Positions 11,083-22,969 of a stretch of DNA of 64,000 nucleotides are shown piece after piece; the first letter of the stretch is position 1; each line of letters starts with the position of its first letter. Location: contig CAVTCS010000003.1 of NCBI GenBank assembly GCA_963733295.1, forward strand, positions 704,001 to 768,000, written 5' to 3'. Both the position numbers and the translations under genes were made by a program. The notes under the pieces are model-generated. The model worked only from the letters and a program-made list of their open reading frames with translations. It was not told where the DNA came from and made no database searches. The DNA is from Vulcanimicrobiota bacterium (GTDB taxonomy: Bacteria > Vulcanimicrobiota > Vulcanimicrobiia > Vulcanimicrobiales > Vulcanimicrobiaceae).

Positions 11083-11269
11083 CTCGTCCGCACTCTAGAT
11101 GCAGTCGGCCGGTTCGTACTTCCTAGCGGGTCTTTTGGCGTGTGGAATTCCAGCTTAGCTCTCAGTAATCAGATCCGGGTCGGACTACCGCTCGCAATTA
11201 TTTTGACGCACGAGAACCGCAAGCATGATCCCGACTAAGCTTAGCGCAGCAATCTACGATAGACCCGAA

Positions 11270-11737
11270 TTAGAAGGGCTTCGCGGACATCAGCCAGATC
11301 AGGCAAGCCCACAGCAACGTGCTTACCCAAAACAAAGGAACCGCGAGAGGGTCGCTGATCGCAGCAGCAAGATCGGGTGACGGTACTGCATCGGGCGACT
11401 TTTGCGCGAGCGCGCCAATGCGGATCTCGCGCAGCATGTGATATCCAAAGCCGAGCGCCATTATGAGTGCAAAGACGACGTAGCTCGCGATCAGCCACCC
11501 GGCGCCGAAGGACATGTTGCTTCGCCAGACAGCAACCAGGCCAAGTAGTGCCGTAAGGATCGCGACCGGTCCACCGATCTTGCCGTGAAAACTCGTAAGC
11601 TGGTAAATCCGTCGAATGAAAGGGACGTCGCGCGTGTGCGCTGCCATCTCCAGAATGAACCCCGGCACGACGAGCAGGGAGATCGCGACGAACGCGAACA
11701 GCACATGAAGAAAATAGACGCCCGACATCGATTCCAT
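11270..11737 (-). CDS. DUF2269-like membrane protein
   Basis: FLHVL N-terminus, 4 TM, C-terminal LMSAKPF. Confidence 0.7.
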   Translation of the reverse strand: MESMSGVYFLHVLFAFVAISLLVVPGFILEMAAHTRDVPFIRRIYQLTSFHGKIGGPVAILTALLGLVAVWRSNMSFGAGWLIASYVVFALIMALGFGYHMLREIRIGALAQKSPDAVPSPDLAAAISDPLAVPLFWVSTLLWACLIWLMSAKPF

Positions 11738-11819
11738 TGCCGTAGTCTTTTTCAGGCAGCGAAGATCCCCCGCCGACTCGGGCGCTCGAAGACGCCTGCG
11801 CGAGCGAGGTTAACCTTGG

Positions 11820-12060
11820 CCGGCGATGCGGTTGATCCGGGACATCAAGTATGCCGGCGCGCGCACGCGGAGAAGGCCGGAATCTCGACGACTCGACTGC
11901 ACGATCTGCGGCACACGGCAGAGTCCTTCCTTATATCGATTGGGGTCGACGTTCGCACGACTGCCAGCCTCCTCGGACATTCGAATCCCAGCGTCACGCT
12001 CGGCCTGTACGCGCACGTTGTCGAGGGCGCCAACGCTCCGCTGTCGATGTCCTTGGCGAC
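11820..12060 (+). pseudogene. Tyrosine recombinase/integrase C-terminal remnant
   Basis: RLHDLRHT...LLGHSNPSVTLGLYAHV (HxxR, LGH, catalytic Y); N-terminal domains missing; abuts tRNA 3' end. Confidence 0.85.
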
Positions 12061-12150
12061 CGTCTCACCGCCGCGATCGCAAGCAAGAAATAGCTCGCCC
12101 CGAAATCGCGTTTGCAACCGTTTTGCGACCGCGGCGCTCCGGGCAAAGAA

Positions 12151-12174
12151 GAAAGCCCGTCTTACCGGGCTTTC
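12151..12174. terminator. Intrinsic terminator downstream of tRNA-fMet
   Basis: GAAAGCCCG-tcttac-CGGGCTTTC perfect inverted repeat. Confidence 0.7.
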
Positions 12175-12176
12175 AA

Positions 12177-12253
<77 letters not shown>

Positions 12254-12266
12254 ATAGGCGAACCCA

Positions 12267-12295
12267 ACTATAGCGCCGCCCTGTGCGTCTGTCAA
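12267..12295 (-). promoter_or_regulatory. Sigma70 promoter of tRNA-fMet
   Basis: TTGACA-17 bp-TATAGT. Confidence 0.75.
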
Positions 12296-12345
12296 ATGCA
12301 AAGCTAGGAAGCGGGAGGCTCGGGCAAGCCTCGGAATCTGCGGGA

Positions 12346-13380
12346 ATGGTCGATCCTGCGTTCGTGCGCGCGTTGCCGAAGGTTCAGCTGCACTGTCATC
12401 TCGAGGGGACCGTGCGAGCGGCGACGTTCCGCGAACTGGCCGAACTGCATGGGGTCGAAAGCGAGCGGCTCGCGCGCCCGCCCTCCGAGACCTACGCGTT
12501 CGATCGGTTCGGCGAGTTCCTGCTGCTCTTCGCCGAAGTCTGCAAGACGTTGGCGACGCCGGCAGATTTCGCGCGCATCGGCCGCGACTACGTTGCCGAC
12601 GCCGCGGCGCAAGGCGTGCGCTACGCGGAGATTTTCATCTCGCCTTCGGTTTGGACTTTTTTCCACCGCAACCTCGACGTCGAGGAAACGGTCGTCGCGC
12701 TGCGCGCGGCGCTTGACGACGAAGGTCGCGCTCACGACCTGGAAGTCGCGCTGATCTGCGACCTGACGCGTAACTTCGGCGTCGAGCGCGCCCTCGAAAC
12801 CGCTCGCATCGCGGCGGATCTTGCCGAGGCTGGACTGGGCGTGGTCGGGGTCGGCCTCGGAGGCGACGAGGCGAACTTTCCGGCCGCGCTCTTTCGCGAA
12901 CCGTATGAGTTCGCGCGGGCCCGCGGGTTGCATCGCGTCGTTCACGCGGGAGAGGCGGCTGGGCCGGGCAGCGTCCGCGACGCGCTCGACGTACTCCGTG
13001 CCGAGCGGGTAGGTCACGGCGTGCGCGCGCTCGACCATCCACAGCTCGTGCGCGATTTGGCCGAGCGCCGCGTTGCGCTCGAGCTTTGCCCAACCTCGAA
13101 TCGCCTGACCGGCGCCGTCGCGGCCGGCATGCCTCATCCGATCGGTGCTTTCGATGCGGCGGGCGTTCTGTGCACGATCGACGCCGACGATCCGGCGCTC
13201 TTTTCAACGACGCTCTGCGACGAGTACGCGCTGGTCGGCGCGGAACTCGGGACCGATGCTCTGCGCCGCTTCGCGCGAAACGCCGTCGAGGCTAGCTTCG
13301 CCTCGCCGGAGCGCAAAGCGAGCCTGTATCGCGAGCTCGACATTTTCGACCTGGAAACGGCACCCTCGCGTCGAAGCTAG
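12346..13380 (+). CDS. add: Adenosine/adenine deaminase
   Basis: LPKVQLHCHLEG, HAGE, RVGHG, CPTSN, DADDP. Confidence 0.9.
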   Translation: MVDPAFVRALPKVQLHCHLEGTVRAATFRELAELHGVESERLARPPSETYAFDRFGEFLLLFAEVCKTLATPADFARIGRDYVADAAAQGVRYAEIFISPSVWTFFHRNLDVEETVVALRAALDDEGRAHDLEVALICDLTRNFGVERALETARIAADLAEAGLGVVGVGLGGDEANFPAALFREPYEFARARGLHRVVHAGEAAGPGSVRDALDVLRAERVGHGVRALDHPQLVRDLAERRVALELCPTSNRLTGAVAAGMPHPIGAFDAAGVLCTIDADDPALFSTTLCDEYALVGAELGTDALRRFARNAVEASFASPERKASLYRELDIFDLETAPSRRS

Positions 13381-13387
13381 GTTGCCT

Positions 13388-14101
13388 ATGGCTGGGCACA
13401 CCCATTTTGACGAGTCGACCGAGGAGTATCTCGAGGCGATCTACCGGCTCGAGCGCGAGGGACCGGGCGTCACCACGTCGGCGGTCGCGAGCGAACTCGG
13501 CGTCGCGCCCGCCTCGGTTTCGGGCATGCTGAAGAAGCTGGCCTCGGAGGGTTTGATCGAGCACCGCGCGCGCGGCGAAGCGAAACTGACGCCGAGCGGC
13601 CTCGAGATCGCGGTCCGCGTGATTCGCCGTCACCGCCTGGCCGAATGCTTGCTGACCGACGTGCTCGGAATGTCCTGGGACGAAGTTCATTCCGAAGCGT
13701 GCCGCCTGGAACACGCGATCTCGAGTGCGGTGGAAGCCCGGCTCGTGACGTTGCTCGGCGATCCGAAGGTCTGTCCTCACGGTCTTCCGATTCCGCCGGC
13801 CGACGGAAGCGATCCGCCGAGGCCCGGCGTTCCGCTCGCGCAGATCGCGAGTGGCGAGCGAGCGCTGGTTCATGGCGTCACGGAAGAAGTTCCCGAGATC
13901 TTGCGATACTTGGGCGAGATCGGTCTGCGCCCCGGTGCGTTCGTCGAAGTTATCGAGAAAGCGCCGCTCGGCGGCCCGGTCACGATTTCGGTCAACGGGT
14001 CGCGCCACGCGATCTCGCTCGAGCTGGCTCGCATGGTGACGGTAATCGGCACCGTCGAGAGCGGTAGCGAAACCCTCGAACCGGCTACTGCGCGCGCTTG
14101 A
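13388..14101 (+). CDS. DtxR/MntR/IdeR metal-dependent repressor with FeoA domain
   Basis: EEYLEAIY, RRHRLAE, EACRLEH, CPHGLPIP, C-terminal FeoA-like domain. Confidence 0.92.
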   Translation: MAGHTHFDESTEEYLEAIYRLEREGPGVTTSAVASELGVAPASVSGMLKKLASEGLIEHRARGEAKLTPSGLEIAVRVIRRHRLAECLLTDVLGMSWDEVHSEACRLEHAISSAVEARLVTLLGDPKVCPHGLPIPPADGSDPPRPGVPLAQIASGERALVHGVTEEVPEILRYLGEIGLRPGAFVEVIEKAPLGGPVTISVNGSRHAISLELARMVTVIGTVESGSETLEPATARA

Positions 14102-14137
14102 ACCTAGCCGGCGGTCGCGCCGTCAAACGATGATCCA

Positions 14138-14782
14138 ATGACGGTCACGAGCGTTCTCATCGCGCTTAACGTCGTCGCGTTCCTTTGGGAAATTTCGACG
14201 GGAGGCCTCAGCAGCGACGCGGCGTTGCTTTCGCACGGCGCGCTGTACGGGCCCGCGGTCGTCAAGGGCCACCAATACTGGCGGATCGCAAGCGGCGCGT
14301 TTCTGCATGGAGGATGGCTGCATATCGCCTTCAACATGTGGGCGCTTTACGTCGTCGGAACCGCCGTCGAGCGTTTCCTCGGCGGTCCGCGCATGCTCGC
14401 GATCTACATCCTCTCGATGATCGGCTCGGGAATCACCATCGTACTCTTTAGCCCCGACGCGATTACCGTTGGCGCGAGTGGCGCGATCTTCGGACTCTTC
14501 GGCGCGCTGGTCGGAATCGGCATACGGTTGGGCAAGCCGGGTCGCAGCCTCATCGGGCAAGTCGTTCCGATCATTCTCATCAACTTGGTCATCACGTTTA
14601 CGGTACCGAACATCTCGGCAGCTGGTCATATCGGCGGCTTGCTCACCGGTTTCTTGGTCGGACTCGCCGCGTTCGAAATGCGGCCGCGCGCAGCCATGGC
14701 CCCGGCCTACGCCGTCGAGGTTCCAGCCGAAGCGCGAGAGCCCGAGGAGATGGCCGAAACGGAAGGCGCGCGCGAGCCGTGA
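14138..14782 (+). CDS. Rhomboid intramembrane serine protease
   Basis: WR, FLHGGWLHIAFNM, GASG, GHIGG. Confidence 0.92.
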   Translation: MTVTSVLIALNVVAFLWEISTGGLSSDAALLSHGALYGPAVVKGHQYWRIASGAFLHGGWLHIAFNMWALYVVGTAVERFLGGPRMLAIYILSMIGSGITIVLFSPDAITVGASGAIFGLFGALVGIGIRLGKPGRSLIGQVVPIILINLVITFTVPNISAAGHIGGLLTGFLVGLAAFEMRPRAAMAPAYAVEVPAEAREPEEMAETEGAREP

Positions 14783-16686
14783 GTTCGACGCTCGAATCGA
14801 TCGAGGCAGTCTTCTCCGGTTCGGGTCCGCTCGCGCGCGCCTTACCCGGCTTCGAGTCGCGCGCGGGACAAGTGCAGATGTCGAAGCTTGTGGAGCGCGG
14901 CTTCCTCGAAGGCGCGCACACCATCGTCGAAGCGGGAACCGGCGTCGGTAAATCGCTCGCGTATCTGGTGCCGGCGCTGCGCAGCGGCAAAAAGGTAGTC
15001 GTCTCGACCGCCACGATCGCGCTGCAAGAACAGCTCGTCAGGAAGGACATCCCGCTCGTGCTCGACGCGCTCGGTATCGGTGCGCGGGTGGCTCTGCTGA
15101 AAGGCCGCAACCACTACCTGTGCCGCGCCAAGCTCGACCGGATGCGCTCCGAGCGCCTGATCGCCTCGAGCGGAACGATGGAAAAGATGTGGGAGTGGGC
15201 CGGGCACACGCAGACCGGCGATCGGGCCGAGTTGCCGTTCGCGCCGCCGCCGTCCGAGTGGGAGCAGCTCGACGCCGACGCCGACGATTGCGTCGGCGAG
15301 TTCTGCGAGAGCTATCGCGACTGCCATTTCTTCGCGCGACGCGATGAGGCGAAGTTCGCCGATCTCGTCGTCGTCAACCACGCGCTTTTCTTTCTCGATC
15401 TGACGATGGGTGGAACGCTCTTACCGCCCTACGACTTCGCGATCTTGGATGAAGCTCATCAATGCGAACGCTGGGCATCGGCCGCCTTGACCGCGACGCT
15501 CTCGCACGCGAGCGTCGCGCGCTTGCTGCGCCGTCTGCATCGCGTCTACGTCCTTCCGGCAAACTACGACGCCGAGGTCGACGAGGGGATGCGCGGCCTC
15601 GTCCAAACGCTGGCGCGAGTACCCGGCGAACGCTACCCGCTCGCCGCAAACGAAGCCGCCTGCGAAGCGCTCGGCGTCTTACAGCAGTCGTTCTTCCGTC
15701 TTGAAAATTGGCTCTACGCGAACTGGCAAGCCGCCTTGAAGCGTCCTCCGGACAATCTCGCCGAGGCTGAGCGACGCCGGGACCTCTCGATGCGCGGCAT
15801 CCTCGCGCACATTGCGACGATCGAGCGGACTTCACTTCCGCCCGAAGAGGCGATCAGTTGGGTCGAACGTTACGAGGGCGAAGGGCGCTATGAGGTCAAC
15901 TCGGCGCCGTTCGACGTCGCCGAATTCTTGCGCACCGCGCTGTTCAAGCACGCCCAGAGCGTCGTTCTGACGAGCGCGACGATTGCGGCCGGTGACTCGT
16001 TCGCGTTCCTGCGCGAGTCGCTCGGCGTCGACGAAGCGCAAGAGTACGTCGCGCCGTCCCCGTTTGACTATCTCGCGCAAGCCCGGCTGTACGTCGCTCC
16101 CGCCGACTGCAATCCCAAAGCGGAAAGCTTCGCAGGCAAAGTCGCGCCGATCATCGAGGAGGCGCTCGATCTGAGCCGCGGACGCGCCTTCGTTCTGTTT
16201 ACGTCCTACAAGCGGCTGCACGAAGTCTATCGATTGCTCCGCGAGCGTCTGCCCTTCCCGGTGAAACTGCAAGGCGAACTGCCGCGGGCGCATCTCCTCG
16301 AATGGTTCCGCCGGACCAAGAACGCGGTGCTCTTCGCGACCGGTACGTTTTGGGAGGGCATCGACGTTGCCGGCGACCAGCTCTCGTGCGTCATCGTCGA
16401 CCGTCTACCGTTTCCCCCGCCGGCCGACCCGTTGATTGCGGCGAGGCTCGCCGCGATCGAAGCCGCCGGGCGGCCGAGCTTCGAAGAGTTCATGATCCCC
16501 TCGGCGATCGTCCGGCTGAAACAAGGTTTCGGGCGGCTCATCCGCTCGAAGACCGATCGCGGACTGCTCGTCCTTCTCGACGGACGCGTCGGCGCGATGC
16601 GCTACGGCGACGCGATTCTGAGCGCGCTCCCGCAGGCGACTCGCGTGGAGCGGCTCGACGAGCTCCGCAATTTCTTTTTCCCGTAG
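14779..16686 (+). CDS. ATP-dependent DNA helicase DinG/YoaA family
   Basis: EAGTGVGKS, KGRNHYLC, DEAH, SAT, QGFGRLIR. Confidence 0.92.
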   Translation: MSSTLESIEAVFSGSGPLARALPGFESRAGQVQMSKLVERGFLEGAHTIVEAGTGVGKSLAYLVPALRSGKKVVVSTATIALQEQLVRKDIPLVLDALGIGARVALLKGRNHYLCRAKLDRMRSERLIASSGTMEKMWEWAGHTQTGDRAELPFAPPPSEWEQLDADADDCVGEFCESYRDCHFFARRDEAKFADLVVVNHALFFLDLTMGGTLLPPYDFAILDEAHQCERWASAALTATLSHASVARLLRRLHRVYVLPANYDAEVDEGMRGLVQTLARVPGERYPLAANEAACEALGVLQQSFFRLENWLYANWQAALKRPPDNLAEAERRRDLSMRGILAHIATIERTSLPPEEAISWVERYEGEGRYEVNSAPFDVAEFLRTALFKHAQSVVLTSATIAAGDSFAFLRESLGVDEAQEYVAPSPFDYLAQARLYVAPADCNPKAESFAGKVAPIIEEALDLSRGRAFVLFTSYKRLHEVYRLLRERLPFPVKLQGELPRAHLLEWFRRTKNAVLFATGTFWEGIDVAGDQLSCVIVDRLPFPPPADPLIAARLAAIEAAGRPSFEEFMIPSAIVRLKQGFGRLIRSKTDRGLLVLLDGRVGAMRYGDAILSALPQATRVERLDELRNFFFP

Positions 16687-16721
16687 GGTCGCGCCCCAGA
16701 ATCGCTGTATAGGCAAATAGG

Positions 16722-18164
16722 ATGGCTACTTCGAGCGAGCTTGAATCCGGCGGCCGCGTGAACGCCGGCAAAGCGTTGCGCTCCCGGGTCCCTCGGTCCG
16801 CGCATGCCGCCTGGCAGCCGCCGGCGGATCGCGCCGACCCCGTGACGCTGCTCGAAGTCTCGAGCCTGGGTCGCATTCCCGAACTCGTCCCCATTCGCTA
16901 CGGGCGTATGGCCCTCTCACCGTTCTCGTTCTTCCGTGGTGCGGCGAACCTGATGGCGGCAGATCTTGCATCGACGCCGTCGACCGGGCTGCGCGTACAG
17001 GTCTGCGGCGATTGCCATCTGATGAACTTCGGCGGCTTTGCGACTCCCGAACGCAGCCTCATCTTCGACATCAACGATTTCGACGAAACGCTTCCGGGCC
17101 CGTGGGAGTGGGACGTCAAACGGCTCGCCACGAGTCTTGTCCTTGCTTCTCGCCACTTGCATCTGCGGCCGGCGAGCGCGGCGAGTGCGGCCTTCGCGGC
17201 TACATCCTCGTATCGCTTGCACATGGCCGACTACGCCCAAATGCCGATTCTCGACCTCTGGTACACCCGGCTCGAGCTCGATTCGCTCGCGGCGATTCTG
17301 GGGCGCGCCGCACTGCGCAAGAGCGGTGCCGTCAAGGCGGCCGCGCATAGCAGCGATCACGTCGCGGCGCGGCTGAGCGATGTGGAGAACGGGAAACGCA
17401 GGATCATCGAAGACCCGCCGCTCATCTTCCACGCGACGCCCGAAGAATATTTGGATCTGGAAGTGGCCGGCTTGTTGCTGCGTTACCGCGAATCGCTGCC
17501 CGACCATTTGCGCGTGTTGCTCGATCGCTACCGGCTCATCGATGCCGCCTATAAGGTCGTCGGTGTCGGGAGCGTCGGCACGCGTTGCGCGGTGGTACTG
17601 CTGATGGCCGACGAACGGAACTCCTTGGTTTTGCAGCTCAAAGAAGCGCGCCGGTCGGTTCTCGAGCCGTTCGTCGACAAGAGCTGCTACAGCAATCAAG
17701 GCCGGCGCGTCGTCGTCGGGCAGCATCTCATGCAGGCCGCCAGCGACATGTTCTTAGGCTGGACGCGCGACGACGCAGGGCACGAGTACTATTTCCGCCA
17801 GTTGCGCGACTGGAAGACCGCGGTGAGCGTGGACGAGATGGGCGGTGCGGACCTTGCCGCGTACGCCGGCTTCTGCGGCTGGGCGCTGGCCCGAGCGCAC
17901 GCCCGGACCGGCGATCCGGCGGCGATCGCCGGTTACATCGGCCGCGGCGACCAGTTCGATCGCGCCGTGTTGTCGTTCTCGAATGCGTACGCCGATCAAA
18001 CAGAGCGCGATTACACCGATTTCATGAAGGCGATCGACTCCGGTCGCCTACCATGCGAAAAACAGGAACCGGCTCTCGCGCCGAAACCTCCCGAACAACC
18101 GAAAGCGCCGCCGGCGAAGCCGGTCGTCGCGAAGGACGCTGCCGCGAAGAAGGTTACGGCGTAA
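16722..18164 (+). CDS. DUF2252 family protein
   Basis: SPFSFFRGAA, CGDCHLMNFG, FDINDFDE, KVVGVGSVG. Confidence 0.9.
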   Translation: MATSSELESGGRVNAGKALRSRVPRSAHAAWQPPADRADPVTLLEVSSLGRIPELVPIRYGRMALSPFSFFRGAANLMAADLASTPSTGLRVQVCGDCHLMNFGGFATPERSLIFDINDFDETLPGPWEWDVKRLATSLVLASRHLHLRPASAASAAFAATSSYRLHMADYAQMPILDLWYTRLELDSLAAILGRAALRKSGAVKAAAHSSDHVAARLSDVENGKRRIIEDPPLIFHATPEEYLDLEVAGLLLRYRESLPDHLRVLLDRYRLIDAAYKVVGVGSVGTRCAVVLLMADERNSLVLQLKEARRSVLEPFVDKSCYSNQGRRVVVGQHLMQAASDMFLGWTRDDAGHEYYFRQLRDWKTAVSVDEMGGADLAAYAGFCGWALARAHARTGDPAAIAGYIGRGDQFDRAVLSFSNAYADQTERDYTDFMKAIDSGRLPCEKQEPALAPKPPEQPKAPPAKPVVAKDAAAKKVTA

Positions 18165-18180
18165 CCGTAACGAGGGGGGG

Positions 18181-20142
<1,962 letters not shown>

Positions 20143-20192
20143 GTGATGCGATTGGTTTGCCTCACCGCCGGTCCCTCCCGGAAGCTTTTCGC

Positions 20193-20714
20193 ATGAAGCT
20201 GCGCTCCGCGGCCGTTCTTGCCGCGCTTACGTTCGTGCTCGGAATGTTCCCGAGCGTCGCCGCGGCTCGACATAGCCCGCAAACCGGACTGCGAAGCATT
20301 ACCTTCGCGAAGCCGCCGCCCGATTTTACCTTCGATACCGGATCCGGACCCGAGCGTTTGAGCGCACTTTTCGGCAAACCGATCGTCCTCAATTTTTGGG
20401 CGACTTGGTGTGCGCCGTGCGTGCAAGAACTCGACGTCTTTGCGAAGATGCAGAGCGTCTACGGCGACGACGCGACGCTGATCACGCTTTCAAAGGAAGC
20501 ACCGGGCACCGCGCGAGCGTTCTTGGACGCCGAGCACCTCGCGCTTCCGCTCGTCGAGGACCCGAGCGGCTCGATCTTTGCCGAATACTCGATCGAGAAG
20601 GTTCCGGTCACGATCGTGCTGCGGCGCGACGGCACCGTGTCCTACGTCTCGGTTGGGGAGCTGAATTGGAACGAGCTCCAAACGGCGCTTGACGCCGTTC
20701 TGGCGGAGCAGTGA
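20193..20714 (+). CDS. TlpA-type thiol-disulfide oxidoreductase
   Basis: Signal peptide; NFWATWCAPC. Confidence 0.88.
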   Translation: MKLRSAAVLAALTFVLGMFPSVAAARHSPQTGLRSITFAKPPPDFTFDTGSGPERLSALFGKPIVLNFWATWCAPCVQELDVFAKMQSVYGDDATLITLSKEAPGTARAFLDAEHLALPLVEDPSGSIFAEYSIEKVPVTIVLRRDGTVSYVSVGELNWNELQTALDAVLAEQ

Positions 20715-20725
20715 CGCCCTTGCAC

Positions 20726-20791
20726 TTGACCCCTCCCGGCGGCTTTGTTACGGTAGGGGGAATGCTGGCACTCAAGAGCCATGACTGCTAA
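20726..20791 (+). promoter_or_regulatory. hrcA promoter and CIRCE operator
   Basis: TTGACC-17-TACGGT with TG extension; CTGGCACTC-N9-GACTGCTAA (20765-20791) vs CIRCE TTAGCACTC-N9-GAGTGCTAA. Confidence 0.8.
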
Positions 20792-21857
20792 GAATCCAGG
20801 TAGGGAGCCGACGGTCGCTCGCCCGGAACTCGACAAGCGCAAAGCCTTCATTTTGGCAACCGTGGTCTACGAGTATGTCGCGACGGCCGAGCCGGTCGGG
20901 TCGCAGACCCTCACCCAGAAGTACAACCTCGGAGTAAGTTCGGCCACCATTCGCAACGAGATGGCCGAGTTGGAGACGGCGGGCTACTTGATCCAGCCGC
21001 ACACCTCGGCGGGTCGCGTCCCATCCGATGCCGGTTACCGCACGTACGTGGACCAGCTCATGCGCCCCGAACCGTTGCCGCCGGGGGAATCGCGCCGCAT
21101 TCGCGACGAGTTCCGCGCGGCCAGCCGTGAGTTGGACGACGTCATCGAGGTGACGACGCGCCTCATGGGCCAACTCTCCAAGAACGTTGCGTTCATGGTC
21201 GCGCCGCTGCGCGAGACGCAGACCTTCCGGCACATTCAGCTGATCTGGCTTTCGGAGCGAAACGGCCTCGCGATCGTCGTGAGTTCCCTTGGAGTCGCGC
21301 TCCAGCAGCCGTTCGAGCACGCGCACGTCTCCGCCGACGATCTGACGAGCCTCTCCAACGCGCTCAACGCTGCCTTGAGCGGCAAGCCGATGCGGGATCT
21401 CGCATCGCTCGACGTGGCGAGCATCGTTCGGCATGCCGGATTGACGCGCGAACTGGCGAGCGAAGTCCAGAGCGCTTTCAACGAAGCCGCTCACAACGAA
21501 GCCTCGCCGGCCGTCTTTTCGAGCGGTGCTCAACATTTGCTCGATCAGCCGGAGTTTCAAGATTTGCGCAAGCTTCGCTCGATCTTGCGCATTATCGAAG
21601 AGCAGAAGAGTTTGTACGAACTCGTAGCCGACTCGATGACGAGCGAAGGCCCGACCGTGAAGATCGGAAGCGAACTCGGTTCCGACGAGATCACCGAATG
21701 CAGCGTCGTGACGGTTCCCTATCGCCTAGGCGAAGGCGTCGTCGGCATGCTCGCGATCCTCGGGCCGCGGCGGATGCCGTACGCGCGTCTGCTATCGATC
21801 GCGACGAGCACCGCCGAATCGCTCAATAGCCACCTCAGCGACAGCGAGATTCGATAG
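20781..21857 (+). CDS. hrcA: Heat-inducible transcription repressor
   Basis: PVGS, SSATIRNEMAELE, QPHTSAGRVPSDAGYR, GPRRMPY. Confidence 0.95.
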   Translation: MTAKNPGREPTVARPELDKRKAFILATVVYEYVATAEPVGSQTLTQKYNLGVSSATIRNEMAELETAGYLIQPHTSAGRVPSDAGYRTYVDQLMRPEPLPPGESRRIRDEFRAASRELDDVIEVTTRLMGQLSKNVAFMVAPLRETQTFRHIQLIWLSERNGLAIVVSSLGVALQQPFEHAHVSADDLTSLSNALNAALSGKPMRDLASLDVASIVRHAGLTRELASEVQSAFNEAAHNEASPAVFSSGAQHLLDQPEFQDLRKLRSILRIIEEQKSLYELVADSMTSEGPTVKIGSELGSDEITECSVVTVPYRLGEGVVGMLAILGPRRMPYARLLSIATSTAESLNSHLSDSEIR

Positions 21858-21862
21858 CGCGC

Positions 21863-22969
21863 GTGACGATCGACTATTACGGCGTCCTCGGCGTCGAGCG
21901 CGGCGCGAGCGACGCCGAGATCAAACGCGCGTACCGGGGGCTCGCGCGGAAGTTTCATCCCGACGTCGCGGACGATAAGCTCGCCGCCGAAGCGAAGTTC
22001 AAGCAGATCAACGAAGCGTACGAAATCCTGTCGGATCCCCAGAAGCGCCAGCAGTACGACCGTTTCGGTCAAGCGGGTCCGAGCGCCGCCGGCTACGGTC
22101 CGTTCGGAGGGGGCGACGGTTTCAGCGATATTTTCGACATGTTCTTCGGGGCGCGCGCCTCGGGAACGCAGCCGAGATCCGGACCGGCGCGCGGTGCCGA
22201 CTTGCGCTACGATCTGCAGATCACGCTCGAGGACGCCTTCGCCGGCGTCGAGCGCGAAATCTCGTTCAACCATCTCGGAACCTGCGAGACCTGTCACGGT
22301 TCGGGCGCCAAGCCTGGTACCCAAGTCGTTCGCTGCGATCGGTGCGGCGGTTCGGGCGTCATGCGTTCGGTGCGTCAGACGCCGCTCGGCCAGTTCGTCA
22401 CGCAAACGACCTGCACGAAATGCGGCGGCGAGGGTCAGGTCGTGCCGACGCCGTGCGAAGCTTGTCGCGGTCGCGGCCGGGTCGAGCGCGCGCGTTCGAT
22501 GCAGGTGAAGGTTCCAGCCGGCGTCGACGACGGCAGCCGCATTCGCATTCCCGGCTCCGGCGAAGCCGGCGCGCGGGGCGGCGCACCGGGCGACCTCTAC
22601 GTGTATTTGACGATTTCTCCGCACCCGCGCTTCCACCGCGAAGGACAGGAACTTCACGTCGACGTCCCCCTGACGTTCACGCAAGCCGCGCTCGGTGCCG
22701 TCCTCGGGATAGAGGCGCTCGACGGCAAGCACGATCTGCAAGTCGCGGCGGGCACGCAAAGCGGCGCGACGTACCGCTTGCGCGGCCGCGGCATGCCGTC
22801 GGTGCGTGGCGGTGCGCGCGGCGACCTGCTCGTGCGCGTTCACGTCGTCGTTCCGACAAAGCTCTCGCGTCGCGAACGCGAGCTTCTCGAAGAATTCGCG
22901 CGACTCGGCGGCGATCAGCTCGACGATCGCACGTTCCTCGAGCGCGTGAAGGATGCGTTCACGCCCTGA
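21863..22969 (+). CDS. dnaJ: Chaperone DnaJ
   Basis: HPD J-domain, four CxxCxGxG repeats. Confidence 0.96.
   Translation: MTIDYYGVLGVERGASDAEIKRAYRGLARKFHPDVADDKLAAEAKFKQINEAYEILSDPQKRQQYDRFGQAGPSAAGYGPFGGGDGFSDIFDMFFGARASGTQPRSGPARGADLRYDLQITLEDAFAGVEREISFNHLGTCETCHGSGAKPGTQVVRCDRCGGSGVMRSVRQTPLGQFVTQTTCTKCGGEGQVVPTPCEACRGRGRVERARSMQVKVPAGVDDGSRIRIPGSGEAGARGGAPGDLYVYLTISPHPRFHREGQELHVDVPLTFTQAALGAVLGIEALDGKHDLQVAAGTQSGATYRLRGRGMPSVRGGARGDLLVRVHVVVPTKLSRRERELLEEFARLGGDQLDDRTFLERVKDAFTP

Noticed and set aside
13377..13389. TAGG-TTG-CCTA as an autoregulatory DtxR box
   Set aside because: Spacer is one base shorter than the NRAMP boxes, and the site is constrained by stop and start codons
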